A DNA stretch of 64,000 nucleotides from Klebsormidium nitens (Eukaryota; Plantae; Klebsormidiophyceae): the NCBI GenBank assembly GCA_000708835.1, contig DF237222.1, positions 1 to 64,000 of the forward strand, given 5' to 3'. Positions 52,864-64,000 of the stretch are shown one piece after another. How positions within the stretch are numbered: position 1 is the first letter of the stretch; each line of letters begins with the position of its first letter. Under the pieces are notes generated by a model. The model had not been told where the DNA came from. It saw only the letters and a program-made list of their open reading frames with translations, and searched no databases. Made by a program: the position numbers and the translations under genes.

Positions 52864-53601
52864 CTTCTCTGCTGACGAGTCCAAGCCTGGGAGCAAGGCA
52901 ATTCTCCTGACCTCCGGCTAGCTCAGGCTTTGCCTCGGCTCAGCTTCGCGCTCCAAGCATGCGCCCTTGAAGTTGCAGGTAAAAGCTAGCTCAAAAGTTT
53001 CTTGCGAGTACTAAGAATCAGATTCTCTGCAACCTGGCTTTCTGTCTGGGGATCCCCAGTGGTCGAATACCGATTATATCTAGAATGTTATACCAAACCA
53101 TATATTGAGACGTGTGCTTGCTGAATTTGGAGCTAGCCTAAATTCCCTCTTATCTGGTGTCCAAGTATGACAAATTTCAGGAAGGAGATTGTTCAATGAG
53201 CTGCTGAGAGAATATATCACGCATCTGTCCTCGTATGAACGTCAGCAGACATGGAAGTCCCAAAATTGGTGATTTATCAGCTCACAAAGAAGCAGTCGTG
53301 ACTGATGGTGGTGTTGGTGCGCCTTTCTTGCAGCAAGCTTTGCCAATGGGTGGCACCAGCATTTGAGTTTCATTTAAGGCAATCCCCCTTTCTTACAGCT
53401 AAGAGGCCTAAGAACTGCGTGCCTCAAAGCATAAGAGTCTGCGCCGTTTTTCGATCCCAAGTTTGGCGCCGTTTATACTAAGTATGTGATCAAGAGTTGA
53501 AGATGGTGTTCCCAGCAGTACAATCTACCAACATTTCTCGGTCCTCACAAGGGGGACACTCGATCAGCCAACTCTGCGGTTCGTCTCAAGCGAAAGACAA
53601 C

Positions 53602-56600
53602 ATGAACCTCGCTAAAGTCTCGCAGGTTGGTGGTTTTTCTTCACATAGCTCGCTTCTTCAGCGCATATTGACACATGAATCCTGTGCAATACTGTTCAGC
53701 ATTGCCTGATCAGCAGCTATGAAGAAAGTTTCGACGAAGCCCCACAACCTTGAGGGTGCTGAGCCCCTCATTCTGAGCCGATAGGATAGGTCACATGCGC
53801 TCTGCCCTAAGATTTGCTAAAAGCTTCTCTTTTGAAATTGTTTATGTAGAGGGAAAGAGAACTCAGATACTTTGAAACAGGAGTTTTAGGTGCTCCTGCT
53901 CCCATGCTGTCTTTTTGCAACAGTCATTCTCCTCTTCATCTGGTGCCTCCAACCATCTTCAACAAAAGTTCCTCTCTTAATGCAGGTCCAGTCAGCCAGC
54001 AAATGCCTCCACCAAGTGTTGCGTCTCGCCACTCTACAACGAGCCAACCTCAGAAGTCTCACGGTTCGGGCATCGGTGGCAGCTCCAGAGAGGAGACAAG
54101 AGTCAGTATCAAAGCAGTCTCCAGAAAGTCTGACCATAACCCAGCCCGATGACTGGCACCTCCACTTGAGAGACGGGCCCGCCATGCAGTCGTGTGTGCA
54201 GCACTCTGCGGCGCAGTTTGGGCGGGCCATCATCATGCCAAACCTGAAACCCCCGGTCGTCAGCACAGGTAGGAAGCATTAGAGTCCCTATGTTCTGAGC
54301 TGGGAAGTCATCGGAATTTATTGACAATGCTACGAATTATCTGCTAGTTACCCTTGAGACGAATTGACGCTCCAGAAAATGACTGATGAGCCCGGGGTGC
54401 TCAGTATTTGCGCTTTGAAATAGGGAAAACTGGAGCTGAAAGGCTTGTGTCCGGAAGCTGATGAGGGTGCTGGTTTCTGTCTTATGGAATTGGAAGTCAC
54501 GTGAAGCTTTTCAAAGATTTGGTATTCTGATCTCCTCGCAGAAAAGCGTCACTTTGGTCCGGAATCGGACTCGTGCGATTTCTACTTGTCGGACCGCTTG
54601 CGGTCTGGATACAACCAGGCTCCTCAGTAAAGAAGCCTTGAAAAAAGATCTGTAGAAGGTCCTTGCCCTCAGAGTTCGTAAGTTTGCAAGACTCGATAAG
54701 ATAATCGATATGGCCTCTTCCAATATCTCTTCTAAAACGATTGCCACCGGTCAGAAAAGATACTCGATCTGAGATTGACCTAATTCGCATGCGCTCTTAC
54801 AGAGGACGCCATCCAGTACCGCCAGCGCATCCTGAGCGCGCTCCCAAAGGACACCCCTTTCCAGCCGCTGATGACCCTCTACCTGACCGACAAAACGACT
54901 GCCGACGAGATCCGGAAAGCAAAGGAGAGCGGGATCGTGTACGCGGTTAAGCTGTACCCCGCGGGCGCTACGACGAACTCTGCGGCGGGGGTTACGAGCC
55001 TCGACAAATGCATGGCGGCGTTAGAGGCGATGGTGGAACACGGTCTTCCGCTGCTGGTGAGTAGGATCGCAGAGCTTTTGTGACGACAAAGAAGAACTGC
55101 GGCCTATTTGCAGTGGCTTTATGCCGCTGATGTCGAGCGATTTTGCAAGGAGGTTACGCTCTGAGCTTTGAATCAAGCATCGTACTCAACTGGTGTAAGT
55201 AGTTTATCTTTCGACATTCCAAAAATGAGCGTATCAGTTGTACATGCATCAATGCCATGCTTCTCCAGAAGGAACGCATAACTAAATCGCAACACGAACT
55301 CAGTCAAGTTTCAAAGCCACTCCGAATCATCCGAACCGTTCTGGACCTGAGGAGAAAGCATCGTTGCTTTGAGCGCATTCTTCTCGATCGTGGCTCCCCT
55401 CCTTTTGACCACACACTCTGAAATCAATTCATCCTTGTGAGATGGAATATATTTGAAGTCTTCTTGTGGCCTCGCCAGTGCATGGCTGCATCAACGAGCC
55501 GCTCGTCAACAGCGACGACTAAAATGCTTCTGTTTCAGTAATAGGTCTTTGCTTTTGTGGGGCAACTGCAGTCATTGCAAACTTTCCGATTCCATGCTGC
55601 AAAATATTCGAATACAGAAAACAGCCTAGCGCTTAGGTCTCCGCTTCAGCTACAAGCGGCATAAGGCGGACCTTCCTGCCAACATCTTCGATCGCAAGTC
55701 CCTCTTCCCAGAGCCTGATCGAATCCGTTTGAGGACAGAGACAATTACTGATGCACTGGGATGCCTACCGTTCGAGAAGGTTTGCAATAGCTTCGTGAAA
55801 GCCCACCTCAGGTGCATGGCGAAGTCACCGGCCCTTACCACAATTGTCACCCATGAGCGCTTTTCTTTGGACCGCCTTCATCACTCCCTCTGCACTCAAC
55901 AACTTTTCAGGTTTGGAACTTTTACTTTGAGACGCCAACCCTCGCATACCTCGTTCAAAGCCGAGCGTTCGATAACCTCATCAGAAGCTAATCGACTAGG
56001 ACCCATCGACTTCAGTGATTGACCTCACTACTGAACTGCCAACGTCGTTCTTCCGTCTGAATTACCCTTTTGGCCTCACAAAAAGACTGAACTTTTTCCA
56101 GGTATGTGGGGAAGTCACCGACCCTTCGGTCACATCTTCGTTCGCAAGCGCCTCTTTCCGGACCGCCTCCGTGACCTTCCTCCGCAATCGGTATACAATA
56201 CACTCTTACCGATGCCATTTTTTGAAAGGCCGACTTTTTGAAAGTGTTCGTCAAAGTTTGTGGACCCCCCTCCTTATCCAGGAAGGTACCTTTTTCAGGT
56301 ACATGGGAAGGTCACTGACCCTTCCGTCGACATCTACGGCCGCAAGCGCCTCTTTGGACCGCTTTCATCACCATCTTCGCACTTTTAATGATTGCAGATT
56401 CATACGGTACACTGACGCCAAAGCTGAGACGCCGACTTCGTTAAAATACTTTCTCAAATCCCCTTTTTCGAGGTACATGGCGAGGTCATCGACCCTTCCG
56501 TCGACATCTTCGACCGCGAGCGCCTCTTTCTCGACCGTTGTCATCACCCTCTTCGCACACAATAAAATCGCAGTCTCATAAATATACCGACGCCATATTC

Positions 56601-58437
56601 GAGACGCCGACTTCGTGAAAATCTCTTCCCCTCCGCAGGTACATGGCGAAGTAACCGATCCTTCCGTCGACATCTTCGACCGGGAGCGCCTCTTTTTGGA
56701 CCGCGTCCTCGCCCCCCTGCTCGCCCGCCTACCCGACCTCCGTTGCGTCGTCGAGCACGCGACCACCAAGGAAGCCGTCGAATTTGTTCGCTCCCAGGAC
56801 GCAACTAGAGTGGGCGCGACCGTGACGCCGCAGCACTTGCTGCTGAACCGCAACGCGCTCTTCCAGGGGGGCGTTCGCCCGCACCACTTCTGCCTACCCA
56901 TCCTGAAGCGGGAAGAGCACCGTGAGCGAATCGTTTCGTCATTCAGTTTGCTTTTGCGCTTGTTGTTTGGGGCTTCTCATCCAGTGTGGGCGTTTCGCTG
57001 CTCTTTCATCCAACTGTCCTCAAGCGGGAGGAGCACTGGCAGCTTTCGTGCTCCTCTGCAAGTCCTCCGCTTTCACCCACTGCCCACTCTGAGACTTGAA
57101 AGCTCAGAGCAGCTTTTAGGAGAAGAGAAGAGCCCTTGACGAGCAGAATTGTCAGAAAGCATTTTTCCGACATTCTTTCCGACAGTGCAGAGCTGTGCCG
57201 TGCTTTTCGGGGCAATCTTTTGTCTCGTCGCCGTTCGCTGTCTCGCTCTTTTGTAAACGGGAGCACCATGAGAAGCCATCCAACGCTTCTTGGTGAGTTT
57301 CTACCCTTTCTGGCCCCTTTTCCGCCGTCTTGCAAATCATCGTTGTTTCCTGCCGCTTGTGCCGACGCGTGCTGACGTGTGCTTACGTGTGCAGGGGAGG
57401 CCCTCCTCGGTGCGGTCACCTCGGGCAGCCCGCAATTCTTCCTGGGCACCGACAGCGCGCCGCACGAGCGCGGCACCAAAGAGGCGCCCTGCGGTTGCGC
57501 GGGCTGCTTCTCCGCACACGCAGCGCTGGAGTTGTATGCTACCGCCTTCGAGGAGGTGGGTTCGACTAACCGAAATTGACACATGGAGAGCGGTGAAGAA
57601 AGTTTTGCGAATGATATGTAGATTTGATATCGTTGTAAGGGCTGTGAACAGATTGTGATTGCTTATACTATATTACCCAGGGGTCCTGTCCGGGAGCAGA
57701 GCGTCCCTTTTTCCCTGTCTTCACTTTCTTCCTTCCAGGATATTGTCAACTTCTCTTGAATCTTTGTGGCTTTTGTTCCTGGAATTGTGTCACTCGGCTC
57801 TGTAGCCCAATCCATCGCTGCAGTGGAGGCGATTGGACACGCTTGAGCTCTACGTACTGATTCAATGTAGCTACTCATTTTTGCCTCTTCGTGGTTTTCT
57901 CCTGATACCTGGGTCCTGAGGAAGCGTGAGGGTCGAGGAAGCTCCTTAGTCCGGTTTTCAATTTTCAGATCTGAACCAAAAGGAACATGTCAGCACGAAA
58001 AGCTATCATTGACACGCTGCGTGGTGCCAAGCCGTGTGATTTGCTACAAACCAGGTGCTGCGGCCGACTCCTCTCGCAGACAACGGCCTTTCCGAACACC
58101 GGCTCTTTTATTGTCGATGGCGTATGCCTTCCCCTTGGAACGCGCATGTCAGTCTTTCAACCCATTTTGTACATGCGGTTCTGAGACTTTTTCCAAGAGC
58201 GTTTCAACCCAGTTCTCATCCGCTGTCCGTCTGTTGCAGGTCGGCGCTCTCGACAAGCTCGAGGGCTTTGCGTCCTTCTTCGGCCCGGACTTTTACCGCC
58301 TTCCCCGAAATAGCAAAAAGGTCACACTTAGGAGGCAAACTTGGACAGTGCCGGATGAGTATCCGTTTGCCACTGGCACGGTGGTTCCGCTGTTTGCAGG
58401 CCGAGAACTTGGCTGGTCTCTGCAACAAAGTACTTGA
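53602..58437 (+). CDS. pyrC: Dihydroorotase, homodimeric PyrC type (plant PYR4), with an N-terminal targeting-like extension, about 400 aa
   Basis: Exons 53602-53625 (tentative; alternative ATG at 53980), 53986-54268, 54803-55056, 56639-56921, 57395-57555 and 58240-58437 total 1203 nt in frame. Motifs [63 protein letters not shown] and FLGTDSAPH. Confidence 0.96.
55800..56720 (+). repeat. Four intronic degenerate copies of the acceptor and first approximately 90 nt of the dihydroorotase VHGEVTD exon
   Basis: AG|GT.(C/T).TGG.GA.GTCA..G.CCCTT starting at 55812, 56102, 56299, 56473 and 56639 (real), spacings 290, 197, 174 and 166. The intron motif GAGACGCC.AC is repeated in front of several copies. 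Confidence 0.93.
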
Positions 58438-59437
58438 CCTTACGTGCTTCCGGCACGCGAGCATCCTTGTATTTGTGCGTCCGTGACTGGCCCTGAAATA
58501 CGTCTTATGCATGAGAAGCCTTGAGGCCAGCCGGGCCCTCGCTGCCGCAAACACATGCCTCGCTGCCTTGATCAAATCGGCATCATGATTGTGTCTCCCA
58601 TTTCGAGTTTGTCGAACAGGCACATGCACGCCTAACCTTGATCGAATGTCGTGCCACAAGGCGTCGCTGCTGCATGCAGCCTCGTAACGTCCGTAACCTA
58701 ATGCAAGCAAACCGGATGCCACCAAACATTGCAACGACTATGAGCCTTCATCAAACTATAGCATGCAATCCTGTCTAATCCACCCCCCTAGCCGATGAAT
58801 GTTGACCACATTGACGAATGTGGACAACAGCCGTCAATCTGGTAAACATAGACACATAGAAACTCGATGATTTGCGTCACTGATATTGTCACGAACACGC
58901 GTGAAGTGGTTGAGATTTCAGTTACTGCTTTCAGAACAACCGCGCGACTTCGTTGAACGTACTGAGCAGCGGTTTTCTCAGGAGAAGCGTTTACAGATAC
59001 TGACACCGCTGTACTTAGAATCCAACATCTCGAAGCAACAAAACGCGATTCAATATAAGCCATAATAATGCGAGGATCAATCAGTGTTCATATCTGCAGT
59101 GTTTGTCGTGCCTACGTATGTGCACATTGATTATCTTTAAATCGGTCACATGTCTAGTTTACCGGAGGGAAACTGATGCTTCCTTCTTGCCCCGTCCCTA
59201 TGCGTTAGTAATGTTCCACCGGGTCAGCTCCAGCTTTCTCATAAGACAACGCAATGCTTTCTGCATGCAAGTGTTTATTAAAGCCGTCATGGTTTTCTGG
59301 CAACACCTTCGGTGTCCCAACCTAAAACTTTCTATGGACTCGAAGTCAACACTTTCTTCGTAAGGTTTCGCCTTTAAGAACCTGAAAGATTGCAAAACTT
59401 TGACGGCTGTTTATGTATGTACGATCCTACACGCACC

Positions 59438-62342
59438 CTAAGCTACAACACGCACACCCCCTACAGTTGAACGGCTCATCAGCGGTCGCTCTGCTGCTAC
59501 GACTGCTTTAAGGGTGGCGGAATTCGGTGAGACTGCCCCCAAGGGTGTCGTCGTATCCGTTCCGTAGATCTCGTGCCACTTCTTGGCAAGTTCCTGGACG
59601 GCTGGGTGGTCCATGTTGGGCTTACTGGGGTCGAAGCGCCAAGGCTTGGAACCGGCAACGCAGTAGTGAACCATCTGCAGGGAGAAGAGCATTGCCATGT
59701 CAGTCCGGAACTCAGTAAAACTCAAACATCGAAATGGCAGAAACCTTCGCTTCGACCATACACTGTTCAGAAGATCCGCGAGCTCAAAACTTTGAGCTTT
59801 ACTATCAATGAAAGAGCTGCAGGCTCGATAAAATGTTGGAAAATTCTGCTCGCGAATGTCCTCAGCAATTGCTGGTAGGAAGAATATCACACTCGCTACA
59901 TCAGCAACGCCTACGGTTGCAGTTGGACCATTCCTTGAGAGCATAAGAAGCTGGGGGAGTAAGTACATTTTGAACACGCTGCCGAGCATGAGGTCGACAG
60001 TATAAGACTTCTGGCTTGCAGCAATGCGAAGACCAGCCAGTAACGTCTTGAATGCAGCCAGCCTGAATTGCCTGTTGTGTGCTCGAAAAGGATGTGCAAA
60101 CTGCTTACCTCAGCAGTCTCCACGGAGACCTTGGTGGGGTGGTTCCAAAAGTTGCAAAGCATCAGGTTGTTTGCCAGCGGAAGGATCCTGCAAGATCACG
60201 TATCGGGTCTTGAGATAGAGTCTCAGAGCACCTAGAGTCTAAGATTCAAGTGACTCCAGCTCACATTGTGTCAAATATGTGGCACTACAATTTTGATACT
60301 GCTCCTCGGATCACAAAGCCTGTAAGAGACGTCCACGAGAGGGACATCTCTAGATGGCATGCATCATGACACTTCAAGGACAGGTTTAGCTCTGAACGGA
60401 AACCCTTGTCCAATCTAAATGACTTCCCAGCGTTCAGTCCAACATTCCATATCCGCGCGTCTAACACAGAATCCGGCCCTGTGACAGGAGCATAAACAAA
60501 GTCCAACGTTACTCACTTGATGCGGCCCTCGAAATAGTGGTTCAAGTAGTCCTGCTCTGCCAGGCCCGTCGGTGGGAACTCCCACAGCTTTGCGACCAAG
60601 TCCTTGGCAACTTTCTGATTGGGCATGAGCATGAAGAAGCCGGCGTTGATGTAGGGCGCTGGAACGGGCTTCCCATCAGGGAAGGTCCAGGGAGCACGTG
60701 AAGGCTCGATCTGGCAGTACTTGGTGTTGCAGAGGCGGTAGTGGAACTTGTAGCCCTCGCACGTGCAGTCTTGGACACCTGACAGAGACAGAGATGGGAA
60801 CCTTCAGTGACTGAGTGGAATGATGGGGACTTTAGAGAGGGACTTGACTTCAGAGATGGATTTACTGCAGATTTGTCCGAAATTCTACATGCAAAGTTGC
60901 TGCTCTGTGTTGGGTAACTTGACGTGTGGCTACAAGCGCGTCTGATCTGGCAGCTTCCGCAATCCCTCAATCTGCGCTGGATACGACCTGAGGCCAAATA
61001 CAACCAAAGATCAGAGATGGTTGTTCAGATTCTGCGACACGGAATAGTGTATGGAGGCGCGAAACCTGTTGGCCAGCTAAGTAGGACGCATCTGCAAAGC
61101 GTGGGAGAGTCAGTCGGGCAGAGAATGTCATACCTGCAATCTCAGAAGGGCTGTCAATCAGATCGAACAGGTGATCACGATTCTTGAGCACAATGGTATC
61201 TGCATCCAAGTAACAGAGCTTGGTAAACTCTGTGAGCTCCCAGAAGCGCAGCTTCTTATACTGCGTGATGTAGTATGGCTGCAGATACTTGTCAGGTGTG
61301 TAGCTCTCAGGTAGCGCCACGTCCTGCAGACAAAGGACAATTAACATCCAATTCAGGCTTCATATAATTCACCTGTTCCTCAACAAATCCATTTGGTTGT
61401 TGTTCAAAACAATCATTTCGTCACTGAGTGCCGCAGGCTGCTCCTTCTTAAAACTTTGATTTGCTTCTGAAAGCACAGCTGCATCAATCAAACACTTTGT
61501 TCTACCATGAGATCTGCTACTCTACAAGGTAGATGTCGTATATTCCCAGGGTAGAACAAAAAGAAAGAAGAAGATGAAGATGAACAAAAAGAAAGAGAAA
61601 GAAACAACTAAAGAACATTCTGGTTGCCTCTCAAATGAATAAACAAACACCTGAAAAGAATCTGGTTGCCTCTCAAATGGGGAAACACACCACTGAATGA
61701 AGATATGTAGACAATGTACCTAGACAATGTCTTTCTTTGAGAAAGAAAGCAGCCAAGGATCACACCCCGTCGAGTGGTCAGATACTACACAGATCTGTAA
61801 CTTACATCTCGGTACAGCGACTCTCTGTTCCCTCAGGAATTCAGGCCTATCAGCCATATGCAACCCTCAAGACAGCAATGTTTGCTGTCCATGATAGTGG
61901 ACCTGGCAAACAAAGATCGTCAGGCAACCACCTCATCAAGCTGAGGCAACCGATTACTGTGTTGTCTGGCCCAGGCTGAGTGATCAGACACCTGAACAAA
62001 CAATTGTGTCACACACGGAATCTAGAGGGTTGTAAACCAGACTAGAGCATTTGCAGTGTTCTTGAACTACTTCCAAACAGTTGACAACTTTCTCCTCACC
62101 TCAATCTCGCGAATAAGGCAACCATGGGACGACAGCAGCGTCCTCAGCTTCACTGGCACCTCCTTTGTGACTGCAACCACCAGGGGGTACCTGCTCCCTA
62201 CCAGCTGCAGGCTCTTGTGCAGAGCCAGGGCTCCTTTCCAGTAATCAGACCCGTCCACCAGGAAAGTGAGGTAGGCATACCGCGGTTTGGGCTTGGTGAT
62301 CAGGGAGTCACTTACACTGCAGTACCTGCGCGCAGGAGACAT
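59438..62342 (-). CDS. Galactinol-synthase-like glycosyltransferase family 8 protein, about 336 aa, 5 exons
   Basis: Exons 62342-62100, 61323-61134, 60778-60517, 60187-60109 and 59674-59438 total 1011 nt in frame. Motifs AYLTFL..DYWKG, YPLVVAV, KLRFWE..YLDAD (DxD), DCTCE, YINAGFF, AEQDYLNHYF and VHYCVAGSKPWRF. Confidence 0.88.
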
Positions 62343-64000
62343 TCTCGCGGCTGCGCTGGTTTGCAAGCTTGCGCCTTTGGTGGTGGAAGGGTGCGCAGGA
62401 GACAATGCTGAGCGCTGAGCGTGATTGTGATAAGCAGGATCGGTGAACGCTTGTAAGCTGACTGTCTGATGGAATGGAATGCTGTGGTTTGAGGCTATAA
62501 GTCTTATGTTCGCAAAAGCGAGTGAGGTGCTTTCGGCTTTCCTCACCAATCAAGGCCTGGACTTTAGGCCCCAGCATGTGCAGGTATACTTACTACATAT
62601 ACAATACAATATATCAGTCGTCCACGCTTTAATCAAGTGTTTCCACACGGACATGCTCGAGAAGTCGGAACTGTGAGATCCCAAGATCCTCTCTCAGTCT
62701 GTGAGGCTTTCAAAACGCGACAGCTCAGCTTGAGGCCGAGAAGCATTGCTCGAGAAGCTTCGGATGCATGATCCGCAGCTGTCAGAGCCTCTGATTTGGG
62801 ACGGCTGCGATGCGAGGAGAGTTTCAGCATGCACACCATCCTGCACTGCAAGCACGTGAAAGTTTGCCCACCAGGATTCATCCTTGCTTCTGAGCCACAA
62901 GATCCTCGGAAGTACGCGACCATTTTCATGTGATGAAGCTTGGCCAGGTGGCACGACTCGAGCCACAAATGCATGCTTCTCGATGTTTTGGTTCGGCCGC
63001 GAGGCCTTTCACTGTCAGCCGCCCGATTTTGACCCCGTGTCCAGAGGTATGTGGTGCTAAGTTACCGTCGATCTTCCCAAAGAGGCCCTATCAATGGTTC
63101 TCCTTTGAAGGGATCCCCCTCATTCCCTCGAGCTTGGAAGGTGGAAAGGTGCGACGCGCGTCCTCCTTTTGCGCCGAGGGGGCGAAGAGTCCGCTCTGCA
63201 TCTACGGTACACATACATGCAATCGATTGCCCACTTTCCGGCGGCAGCTACCAGGTCTTTCCGCTGCATCTATAGTACCCAACCGATGCCCAACTCTTCC
63301 ATGCAACCCACTATCCAAAAACTCCTCTAGAACTTGATATGGAGATGATGGGCTTTGACTTATCGGAACCAATAGATGCTCGCTCAATAGCGTTGACAGC
63401 CAGCAATGTCATGCTTGGTAAGGCAGCAGCGGAAGATTCTGACCTGCAACTAGGCGTCAAAAGGTCATCAACTTGCACATCATGATGGGATGCCGATGGC
63501 AAATCAGATATAAGAGTGCAAGCCGCCGAGCCAATACTGTTGCGCGGGACCGTTGCTTTTTCAAAACCTCCGCCCTTTCTACTAACATTAGAACCTTTGA
63601 AAAATGGTCAGACATGGTCCATCAAGCCTGCAGCCAGCAGCCAAAATATCTTTCCAAAAGCTGCATCCAAATCTTCATGGAAGAGCTTCACATCGTGCGC
63701 TCTCATGGGCCGCCTTCTTGTCTCATTTGGACATGATTGTCTGCTTACACATTTGTTGCGTATGTGTTTGTAGCTTGCCTGGTTTTCAAATGCTATAGTC
63801 TATGCTCGGCCTACCAAATGCTTTTAGTGGTAATCAAGCCGTCAGCATTGCATGATAGAGTATCAGACTTCGAATCAGTTGACATGAAGGCATAAATCTG
63901 ACACCTTTTGATTGATATGGTACAGAATCTACAGCTCTGGCCCATGAACTCTTGCATAATCGTTCAACCTAACATCTCGCTATCATGTCCATGGAGCCAC

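Noticed and set aside
58216-59063. Two minus-strand ORFs (172 aa and 91 aa) between the converging DHO and GT8 genes
   Set aside because: No recognisable domain, the longer one is partly antisense to the DHO last exon, and I could not assemble a consistent splice model.
62600-64000. Possible exons near the window end (for example the donor-like CCAGAG|GTATGT near 63047)
   Set aside because: No recognisable protein and no consistent multi-exon frame within the available sequence.

Overview
Eukaryotic, intron-rich nuclear DNA with GT-AG introns, short exons and GC-rich third codon positions. Gene content and style suggest a streptophyte green alga such as Klebsormidium, which is an inference and not an identification. 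I can support about ten protein-coding genes: a LysM protein, a secreted dirigent-like protein, an EF-hand endonuclease/exonuclease/phosphatase (EEP), a large PPR protein, an alpha-dioxygenase, a TMEM19/DUF92 protein, a small plastid-type protein, ARMC8/GID5, dihydroorotase and a galactinol-synthase-like GT8. The last exon of an upstream gene is also present. I recognised no tRNA, rRNA, CRISPR array or intact transposase. The most striking unexplained structure is a recurring set of 'exon-boundary echoes'. In five genes (EEP, PPR, alpha-dioxygenase, ARMC8, dihydroorotase) the splice site plus adjoining exon and intron sequence is tandemly repeated 1-4 extra times into the flanking intron or 3' region. 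The unit is mostly about 135-175 bp, the functional copy is innermost, and in most arrays divergence grows outward. Exon coordinates were read by hand and may be off by a few bases.
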